64,000 nucleotides of DNA from Octopus sinensis (Eukaryota), in the NCBI RefSeq assembly GCF_006345805.1, contig NC_043003.1:104532001-104596000 (forward strand), written 5' to 3'. Of this stretch, positions 45,301-57,100 are shown piece after piece. The stretch's first letter is position 1. Every line of letters begins with the position of its first letter. The notes under the pieces were generated by a model that worked only from the letters and a program-made list of their open reading frames with translations, made no database searches and was not told where the DNA came from. A program made the translations under genes and the position numbers.

Positions 45301-48143
45301 GAGATAACTTAGGAATTAGTCACCTCTTGAGAAATATGGCTGGAATGGTAAGTAACTTCCAAAAGACTTTTTATCCTATTTTCTACACTGTAGTCTATGG
45401 TGTTGTACTTGTTATACTGTGGTGTATTGTGTTGTGACATTTACAATGTATGGTGCTGTGATATATATGCACTGTGGTGTGTGGTGTCATGATATCGGCA
45501 CTGGTATAGACATTGTGGTGTTTGGTATTCTTTTGGGTGGATAGATGCGGGACTATTCCAAAATCTCTCGTGGAAGCATCATCCAACCAAAGTACAAATA
45601 TATGGGAAACTACCACCTGTATCATCTCTTGTGAAAGGTAGGAGAGTCCAGTTTGCTGGACATTGTTGTAGAGCTGAAATCGAGGTAATTTCTACTCTTC
45701 TACTCTGGAAGCCCTCTACTCGCAATGCCAGAGAGCGCATACTCTCCTACCCTGATGTAATCTCGAGGGATACAGGCATCCAACAACAGGACCTCCGTAA
45801 TGCTATGATGGACCGTGAAGTCTGGCATAGCATTGTTAAATTCCATTGTCTTGACCACGGTCGAACAATGATGATGATGATGATTCCAATATTGAGTCCT
45901 GATTGAATCTCATTAATCATCCTCTACCGCTTAGTTTCTTATTGATGTTTTCTCTCTTTGAGAATTGTCCTTACATTCCTGTTGTAGCCTCTTGCACCTA
46001 GCTACACAATGAAGCAGTTAAGAAACATTGCTGTTCTTAGCTTGTTCCAAGCATATTCTTCACCATTTTCTTCTTTCTTCTCTTTGACAGGGAACAAAGG
46101 AGAGCACAGCATTTGGCTTGACTAGAACCGTGCAGCAATCTGGTGCCAATTACACGTAAGTTTGGTCTTTGTCTTCACTTCTCTCCTAACACATCTCTCA
46201 TCCATAAAATTGTTTTATATATATATATACTAGCACTATGACCTGGCGTTGCTGGATCATAGTGCTTAGTGCATGCATATACAGCTGTGTGCGTGCACAC
46301 ATACACACAAGTACTGTCCAAATCTCCGACCAATCACACAGCCAGCTGGCATTCAATTGGTGTATCAAGTTTCGGAGATTTTGATTAGGTTTTGGACAGA
46401 AAATTCACAAAAAAGTCACTTCTATTGATTTTTTAATGGCTTTGCGGGGTGACTGGGGAAATGTAAAGATGTGCACGACCACCCTTGGACGGTTTAGAAT
46501 GACCATAGAAAGTGCAAGCCCTCCAACTGAAAAATTGTGGATTTGTATAAAGGACACAGACAGACAGACATTTTGCCTTTTATATATATACTAGCAGTAT
46601 CGCCCGGCGTTGCTTGGGTTTGTTTCGACCCGCTGGAATTGTAATTTTGAAAAGTAAAAATTTTGTGAACATTTTTCTGGTCGAAATATACCGAAAAGTG
46701 GCGACACAGCAGTGAAATAATCGTAAAAAATAGGGATTTTCATAGAAAAAAGCAGCTTTTTGATGTAAATAATTTTTGGTGTTAACATGGTCCGATTTGA
46801 ATTTTATGTTCTATGGAAGGAAGAGCAACCCTTCTTCTATCATACTCTCAATTTTGGTCAACTTGCGCCGCAGGGTCTCGGAGGAGATAGTGTTAGTTGA
46901 AGGTTACCAAACGTGGCGCACACAGACAACTTCAGCTTTATATAGAGACTAGCAGTATCGCCCGGCGTTGCTCGGGTTTGTAAGGGAAATAACTATATAA
47001 GCATTTCTAGAGAGTTATAGCCAAAAAATAGCAAAAAATGCATTAAAAAAGGAAAAAATATGATGGTAAATTTTTTTTTAAATCGTTGACTCATCGTAGA
47101 CATTTTTAGAGAGTTACTTCCCTTATATAATAGCCAAAAAATGCATTAAAATGGAAAAAAAACGATGGTAAATTTTTTTTAAATCGTAGACTCATGTAGA
47201 CGCTTTCTTAGCCATTTCTGTTTTGGTGTCTTCAAGCCATGAAGTCGTTGTTCTAAAAGAACACTGGTCTCCTTGACAACGCATTACGACGTTGATTTCC
47301 TTACACTCCCTTCCCCACAGGTGCAGGTGTGAGCGTGGATGCCAACTCCGCCGCCATCGACACACGAAAAATTATGCATTAAAATGGAATAAAAAATGAT
47401 GTTAAATTATTTTTAAATCGTAGACTCATCGTAGACGCGCGCTAATATTCAGACGGGCTCGATATGAATCACGACTATAAGCTACCCGAATTTGGTTAAA
47501 CTGCACCGCAAAATGTGGGAGTAGTTATGAATCTAAATCGAAGGGGACAGACACTCACACAACTACAGTTTTATATATATAGATATACATAGCGCAGTAG
47601 TGGTGAGATGTGACAGCAAAGAAAAGCATACATTCACTCTCTGCATGCAATTAGACTCGGAAAGTTCGTGAGGAACCCATTGACCCAATTTGCTGACTTT
47701 TCCGATAGCACACAGGTCTCAATGAATGGTTGAATGACCAAATCCAAGCTTCTCTGCTAGTTCCTCAACAGTTACGATGAGATTTTGTTCCACCAGGGTT
47801 TTCAGGATGTCCTTGTCGAGTTCTACAGATCTTTCAGGATGAGGCTCGTCTTCTAGGCTGTAGTTTATGGCTCGGGATTTCTGGAACCACCATTGACACT
47901 GCCTTACGCTTATTGTCCAATCCCCATATACTGCATTAATATTTCTTGTACTTTGCACACATTTATATTCTGTTATTCTTTTATATGTTTCAGCCTTGAG
48001 GTTGTGGCCATGCTGGATCATGTGTGTGTGTGTGTGTGTCTATCTGTCTGTCTGTATGTATATATGTATATGTATGTGTGTGAACAATAATATTTTCAAC
48101 AGATGTGTTGCAAATGTATCTGATTGTTCTCAAGCTTCAATAC

Positions 48144-48174
<31 letters not shown>

Positions 48175-51100
48175 ATATGTATGTATGTATGTATGTGTGT
48201 GTGTGTATGTATGTATGTATGTATGTATGAGTGTTTACTTTATTACTAACACAAGCCACTACGGTTATTTAATGTAAAGTCTTCCTCAAATCACTCTCTC
48301 TCTCGCTATTTACTCTCTTCCAAGAGCATTTTCACTCACTCTTAGCTCTTAGCTTCCCATACATTTTACTCATGTATCTATCAGCGTCATAGACAGAATA
48401 CTTTCAGTTTAGTCTTCCTCAAATCACTCTGTCGCTATTTACTTTCATTTTATTCGTTGCACACTGTGTGTGTGCGTTTGCGTGTGGTGTAAACCAGACT
48501 AAGAAAAGCATTTGACACACACACCAGAATGTGAGTTTTCTGTAAATTTTGCTTAATTGGAGTTTAAATTTTAAAAACTGGACCTGGCATGACGCGATGC
48601 ATTGTACTCTTAAAAATGCTAGGTAAATTGTAATTGAAGAAATCCTATATTGTAGATTTCTATAACTCCCAAAGGGAGGCAGATAAAATCTGCCTTTTAT
48701 AATAAGAGATAACACACACACATTAATACACATACATAGACACGCACACACATGTATGTATGGATGTATATATGTACATCTGTCCACTTCTTGCAATATT
48801 TTTATCCTTCACTTCCTACACACACACACACACTTACACACACACACAGACACACACACGTGCACGCACACACACACCTTCTTAGCTTACAATTTCTTTC
48901 TGTCAACAATTGACAACAGAAGTACGCTCGCCAATTAATACTACCAAAATTTAACAACAGAAAGTAAATTAAAAACCAATTTACCTTTTCTGTATTATTA
49001 TGGCAATCCGACCGTCGGTGTGTTTTTGCAAATGTGTTCGAATGAGAAGTGAGTTGTGTTTGGCGCCTTTTTTACTAATAACAAACACACACATATGTGT
49101 GTGTTTGAGTGTTTGTGTTTGTCACTGTCATATGTGTATGTGTATGCGTGTGTGTGAGGAATGGCAAACCAGATAGATAGCGCGCGAAGTTGTTTTGAAG
49201 TTCGCGCTCTGCTTGTGTGTGTGTGTGCGTGCTTTAGGTACACAGCACAACATTACTCTCTCTGTCTCTTTACACACACTAACAAAAGCACTTCACTTAC
49301 ACACCACGCTTTCTGTGTCGCACATCCCATCAAACACACACACTCACACATGTACATCAATGCTTTCGGAGTGAAATGTTAAAATATTGAGTTTTCTCGA
49401 ATTTTGTCTTAATTGGGGGTGAAATTGAAAGAAATTTTGTATGGCATGACCGAATGGAAGTACTTGTAAAAATTATAGGTAAACTGTAATTGAAGAAATT
49501 GTGTGAGGAGTAAATCGTTATGTATTTATTTGTTTCTGTTTGCTGTTTTTTTTTGTTTGAGTAGTGGTTTAAGGTACACTTCTCTCGTTTTATAGAAATA
49601 GTTTCACTTTAATCGTTGCACACTTGCAAAGAGAAAGGAGTAGAAATTAGGGTGATAGCGTGAGTGAAGCAGATCGCTCCGTTTTTGTGTGTGTGCGTGT
49701 GCTGTAGCCCACACTAAGAAAAGCACTTGACTTACACACCACAATGTGAGTTTTCTCTAAATTTTGCTTAATTGGGGTTGAAATTTTAAAAACCGGACCT
49801 GGCACGACCCGATGCATTCTACTCTTAAAAATGCTAGGTAAATTGTAATTGAAGAAATCCTATATTGTAGATTTCTATAAGAGACAAAGGGAGGCAGATA
49901 AAATCTGCCTTTTATAATAAGAGATAGAGATATATTCAAACAGATAGAACCCTCTCTAATTTACTCACTGCCCACAGTTTTTCCTGCAGACATCACTCTA
50001 CAGATGTTTAAGCTTAAGATCAGCCTCGCTTGTCAAAGGGGTCCTGTGAAAGTGTCGTGTCTACTTTCCCTCTTTCTCTGGCTGTCTTATTAAAAGTACA
50101 CAAGAGATATACAAATGAAAAATATATAGGACTATGTTGCTGAATCAAATTCTAAATGTTGGCTATTATCTTGTGAGCAGTAAAACAGTATTGAGATAAC
50201 TGAAGAGATTTCTGTTGCTAGATTTTCTAACCGTTTGGACACTGAAGATATTACGGTAATTACAATAGTTTTGAATTGATGAAAAAATTAATTCAGTCAT
50301 CATCATCATTGTTTAATGTCCGCTTTCCATGCTAGCATGGGTCGGATGATTTTGACTGAGAGCTTGCGAACCAGATGGCTGCACCAGGCTCCAATCTTGA
50401 TCTGGCAGAGTTTCTACAGCTGGATGCCCTTCCTAATTGCCAATCACTCCAAGAGTGTAGTATATTCTTCAGTATATGAAGAATATGCTCTCCCAGCTGG
50501 AACAGTGTACCATGGACTACATTATCCAATGTATCATTTCTTGAGACACTAGAGAATGATTTGAAAGCGAGATTTCACTCTTTCTAGCAAGTTGAGCAAC
50601 CACATAGAGACCCTCTCGTCAGCTTGTTCAGTCTAGTCACATGACACATTTTTTAACTTTTACAATAGGTCTGAATATTTTAAATGATGAAGTTATGATG
50701 GTTGTAATGTTGTTGAAAATTGGCTGTGATGAAAGGGAAGATGTGTGTGTGTGCATAACACGCACACACACACTGACACCACAATATAGGTGGTTATAGT
50801 GGAGTGTGTTGTACGTCTTGTCATGACAGAGTGCTATTGAGATGAAAGATGACTGTGTTATTGACAAAATAATAATGATAGTGATTGGTGAGGTGGCCGA
50901 GTGGTTAAGGCGATGGACTGCTAATCCATTGGGGCCTCCCCGCCTGAGTTCGAATCTTATGCTCGTCGATTACATTTTCTTCTTTCGCTTGCGAAGACCT
51001 GTCGAGGCAAGTGAAATCAAAATCAATCAAAAATCAATGGAAATTGTAGTTGTGATACCAGTGCCGGTTGCACGTAAAAGAACCATCCGAACGTGGCCGT

Positions 51101-54100
51101 TGCCAGCGCCGCCTCGACTGGCCTCCATGGCGATGGTACGTAAAAGGCACCAACCGATTGTGGCCATTGCCAGCCTTGCCTGGCACCTGTGATGGTGACA
51201 CGTAAAAAGCACCCACTACACTCCACCGAGTGGTTGGCGTTAGGAAGGGCATCCAGCTGTAGAAACACTGCCAGATCAGACTGGAGCCTGGCGCAGCCTC
51301 CTGGCTTCTCAGACCCCAGTCGAACCGTCCAACCCATGCTAGCATGGAAAGCGGACGTTAAACGATGATGATGATGATTGGGTTGAGGTTTACGGTAACA
51401 GCGGTGGTGGAAGTTACAGCTACTTGTGAAGTGGTTGGAAAGAGGCTGATGTACATGGGAATGGGAGCCTAGCTAAAAGGCAAGTGATGGGAAGGGATTG
51501 GGATTTGATGATCAACAAAAGAAGGGACAATAATAAAGGTGGTGGGTGTGACAGCAGTGGTTCAGGTTTTTTTCTATCAGTAATTTGTCTTGTTTATTGT
51601 GTTTTTCAGCTGTACAACCTCACGAGAATTTGTCACTTATCAAATTGATTGTCTTCGTGATGAACTGTAAGTATAACTTTAACCCTACCGTTCACTTCAT
51701 CTCCTTGATAATCCTTTTTCAGCAAAGAAACACATAAAAGCACCAACCGATCATGGCCGTTGCCAGCCTCCCCTGGCACGTAAAAAACACCCACTACATT
51801 CACGGAGTGGTTGGCGTTAGGAAGGGCATCCAGCTGTAGAAACACTACCAGATCAGACTGGAGCCTGGTGCAGTCTCCATGGCTTCCATACCCTGGTCGA
51901 ACCGTCCAACCCATGCTAGCATGGAAAGCGGACGTTAAATGATGATGATAAAATCTATTTAAGTCCCTTGGCGACTGGGAGGTTCTTTTAGGTCCTTGAA
52001 GATATTTGAAGTCACTGAGGTTCTTGTCAACTAATATTTTTAGTTGCCTCGTTGATTTTAGCCACTCATAGACCAGTGTGGTTACTTTCCTGTTGACCGA
52101 TGCCAAAAGACGTTTATCTGTTATTGAAATGTTATATAACACAAACACACACACGCTCCATTATATACATTGTGATAGTGGAGTGTTTTGCCTATATTGG
52201 TTATAAAAGAGTTGATGAGGCTCAGTGGATAGAGAACTACATGAAGCTTAATATTTAACTGTTCTACTTTCAAATCTTACCAGTATTGACTTTGCCTTTT
52301 ATCACTCTGGGTTTGATAAATGAAGTAATTGTAGTTATAATAAGATTGATTAAATGTATGCTTTTACTAAAAAAAGAGAAAGAGAATCTTTCTGTCTCTA
52401 GTGAAGAACATATTTCTACTTAATTGTTAGGATTCAGTGGGCAATTTTGTTAAACATGAGAAGGTTTACTGTTACTAATAAATCCTATGAAACTCCAACT
52501 GCTGTGGTTCTTTTCACTTGTTCTTGTTGATGGAAATCACTTACCTTAGGTTCCTAATAATTTTTTCACTTTTTATTTTAGTGATAATGTGATAGGATTG
52601 GTGAAAAGTGCAGTGACCGTACCAGCTTTCAAACCCTGGGAGATAAAGGAGGCAGCTGCCAGTATGACACTTGACAAGGCTGTCCTGAAGACACAACTTC
52701 CTCTTCGTAAGTACAATATGGTAATTAGTTTAATCACTTGCGAAGACCTGTTGAGGCAAGTGAAATCGAAATCGATCAAAAATCAATGGAAATTGCAGTT
52801 GTGATACCAGTGCCGGTGGCACGTAAAAGAACCATCTGAACGTGGTCGCTGCCAGCGCTGCCTTGACTGGCCTCCGTGCCGGTGGAACGTAAAAAGCACC
52901 CACTACACTCATGGATTGGTTGGCATTAGGAAAGGCAGCCAGCTGTAGAAACACTGCCAGATCAGACTGGGCCTGGTGCAGCCTCCTGGCTTCCCACACC
53001 CCGGTCGAACCGTCCAACCCATGCTAGCATGGAAAGCAGATGTTAAACGATGATTTATATTACATATAAATCTTGGGCAATGATTTGGTATGAATGTGGG
53101 GCTGTTTATTAGTCTAATTAACAGTGTTGCCATATTGAGGGAAATTGTTGCACGCTGGACTAAATTTTTTCTGAAGTATTTAATCTCATATTTATCAATA
53201 GAGGGTTTCAAATTTCAGTTGAAATAATGGAATGTGAGTTGGAGAGAACCCTGTCAGTGCACTCAGCAATTGAACATTGTGACTGGAAACTTTATTCAAG
53301 AGGTGAGAGACTGATAGAACCCATAAACAGGCAACTTTGGGAGGAGGTTCTCCTTCCACTTGTGGTCAAGTTTTTTGATGATGTCCAGTGCAAAATCCTC
53401 AAGGACCAGTGGCCAATGAGGTATGACAGAAAAGAGTGTGTTGATGGTAGATCTAGCCGTCAGGAGACAAAAATGTCTCCATAAATGAACAGGAGAAAGA
53501 ACTAAAGTGAAACCCCAAAACATTACTGTTAGAAAGTAGAGAAGAGAAAATTGATACACTGAGCTTTATGATAGATATTACCAAGAATAAGGGATATCAA
53601 ATTTCCCAAAATGTTTGGAAAGAGAAATTAAGAAAACATTATTTGCCACACTGAGTTCAAATCGTTCAAAATTGTTTATTTTTCATTCCTCAGAAGTCAG
53701 TAAAGTGAGAACTAGTAATATATTATATTGAATTAATTCAATTAATTGTATTTTATACTTACTAAAATAAGTCCTTATTTTCATTTCTAATAAAACTAGA
53801 AGCAGTTTTTTTTTTAATTCAGTGTGTTCCACTTTCATTTCCATCTCTGTCCATTTACCTCTTGCCTTTCATACTCTTGCAAACTTCCCTTCATACTCAT
53901 CCTGTCCAATCCTTTGTACCACTTCTATATTCACCTTCCTGAAACTTGAGGGTGCACTCTGACACCTCTTCTGCAACAAAAAAACCTGTTCTTATCATTC
54001 TATTGCACTTTAACCTCATCATTATCTGGCATAAAAAGTTTAATACAACATCCTCCTCAGTTGAGGAGTCTCGTCTTGAGAGTTACTTGATGGCCTCACT

Positions 54101-57100
54101 TGTGCTAGGGTATCTTAAGAAGCACTTAGTACTGTGGTTGGTATTGGAAGGGCATCCAATTGTAGAAACAATGTGAAAGCAGGCATTAGGGCTTGTGAAG
54201 TCCTCTAGTTCCTCCTGTCAAACCAGCCAACCCATACCAGCATGGAGCACAAACATTAAATGCTGAGGATAATAATCTTTGTTATTGAGTTATAAAAAGA
54301 TTTGTATCTGCTTTGTATGTATCAAGGACCTGTTTAAAAACCAGTGTTTAGTGGTTTCATGACATTAAGTGAATGTGAAATAAATCTTCTTTTGGGTAGG
54401 AAGACACCATTTTATTGCAAGAAACCTTACTAGATATTTTGGTTCCTTCCTAATCTTAACATTTAAGGAATTTTTTGGTGAGGTTGGGACCTGGCCAGCA
54501 GGAAGCGGCTTTACCTATATCCTTTTGCAGGTTGTCCAAGATTGGTGAGGTTAATTCAGTTAATAATGCCCTTGAAGGTAAACTGAGGCAGTTTAGAATG
54601 TCCTTCTTAGAAACAATATAACACTTGCAATAAATTTCGATTTATGACATATCAACAAGTAATCCATAATTTTATTCACTCAGTTATCAATCATCTAGAA
54701 TTCAAAATTCTTCAGTTTTGTGGCTGTCATAATTGTAATTTAGTCTTACTTTGTAGTTATATGGAAATATAGGTTCAAACCTGGCAATAATGCAAATGAC
54801 AAACTCTATTGGGTTGACTCTGTGGCTCAGTTGTTATTTTGCTTGAAGTCAGCCCTAATCTAGCGGACCTATGATCAAAAATGTTCCAGCTCTGACCATC
54901 CCATCTTTAATTTAGACTAAAGTAACCAACATGCAAGATGGTAGGTTGTAAGTTGAAGGATATTTTACAACTATTTCTAAAATGTTATGCAACTGTAAAG
55001 GGCTACCTTGTGGGCTAGTTTCAATCTCTCGTTAAACTCAACCAATTTACTATGTAAAAGCTGCAGAAAAAGCTTAGACATTGCAACTTACTTCTTCTCT
55101 CTCTCCTTCTCCACATTTATGTTACTCAAAAGAAACAAGTGTGTTCTTTTACTGATATTGGCCATTGAATCGTAGCCTTGATATTTAAAACTATAATCAA
55201 GCCTGTCTTTGATTGCAGAGGTGTTTGAGTTACTTCACTACGCAGCTTTTAGGAGTACTTTGGGTAACTCCATTTATGCATCTGACAGCATGATTGGCAG
55301 GTTTTCTCCTGAGCTTGTAAGTTTTTTAAAAATTTTCTTTCTTTCTTTCTCTCCAACACTTTAATGAATATATGCTTATAGCTGGTTTTTGTCTTCTTAT
55401 TTAAAAGCGCTTATGATTTTTAACTCTTTTTGTGAGAAGATTTCAAACAACACTAGACTGCTTGTATGTTTTAATATACTTCTTATGAAGTCAAAATTCT
55501 GTCCAAAGACTCGAGTGTTGATCTGTTGATAAAAAGAAAATGCATCTAATAAAATTAATGAAAGTTATAAGTTTCCTGTTCTCATAGCCCATAAACTCAC
55601 CTTTTTACAAATTAGAGAAATTTGCAGACGTGACTGTTCTGTGAAGAAATTCACTTCACAACTTTAGGTTCAGTCCCACTGTGCCACTTCTTGGCAAACC
55701 TGTGTCTTATTAGGGAATAGGGAATTTGGTAGACAGAAAGCAGAAGCTCATCTTGTGTATGTACATGCACAGGTGTCTGTTTACAATATACTTAGCTAAT
55801 ATTACAAACATGGTAGTATTTGTTGTCAGGAAATGTCGACAAATCATTTGTTTGCTTTGCTCTTTTGAATTCTGCTGGAGTGAAAAATCCCTTCCTTGAA
55901 AACAGGCAAAGGTTGGCAAGAGGAATGTCATATGGCCACAAAAAAACCTTGCCTCCATTTAAGCCATGCTATTGTGGAAAAAAACAGATGTTAAATACAT
56001 GACTAAAGATTTTTCTGTAAAACTGTGCTAAATTTTCTGTCTTGTAAAAATCTCATGTGTGTAATAGATTTGGGATCTTTTTAGAGTCTTTTTGTGAGAT
56101 CACCAAAAGAGCTCATTAGTGATTGTACAGTTAAGTATTTGTAGCAACTTTGAGGTTTTTAAGTACATTTTGTCTTGAGAAGGTGAGGCATGTACTTGTT
56201 TCTTTGATCTGTGCAGTGGTTGTGTTTGTGCAATTGTTTTCTTGGCAAGAACCACATTAACTAAAGAAACCTTCCTTATTTAAGATATTAGGTTGTAATC
56301 TGAAAATGGTTTCATTGCTATTGTAGCAAATCCAGTGAAGGCATAGGGGCACATTTTTCGGCTCTCATATAAATGTTGTTGATGTGGTGATGGTATTAAT
56401 GTCTTAACTCCAGCACTACTTTAGCAGATCTTATGGAGGTAACCTGCCAAACAACTGAAAGTGACTCACAGCCATAGGAGTTGTCCTCCCTCAACTGTTT
56501 ATCAACAACCATGTTGTACACTCTAACTTGTCTGATGGTAGTGATGATGATGGTGTTAATGAGAAGTTTTGGTCAGACATTTGAGAGTAACTATGTAGTC
56601 CAGATATGTCATTCTTCAGTTCCAATCAAGAACCATTTCTATGATCAGCCATCATTTTCGAGAGGGACTCATTCTTTGACTTCTTTTCATGTGTTTACCA
56701 GTTGCATCAGTATGTAGCAGACCACTACACAGCAGACCGTATGGCAGTTGTTGGCATTGGAGTTGACCATGAACATCTTCAACACTTGGTTGGCCAGTTC
56801 CAGTGCAGTCCCTCGTCTGGCATTTCTGATGCAAAGGCAAAATATTGTGGCGGTAAGTAGTGTTAATAATAGTTTCAGATTTTGACACAAGACAAGCATG
56901 TTTTAGTGGGTGGGCAATAAGCAATAACAGTGATCCCCCGTGCATGACTGGTACTATTTTATCGACTCCAACAAGATAAAAACCAATGTTGACATTAGCG
57001 TAATGGGAACTCGAGAAGTAATTCAGAGTGGCCAGTGACATGCATTTGAACAACACAGGACATGAAGTACCGTACAACATAAATTCTTTATTTATTGTCT

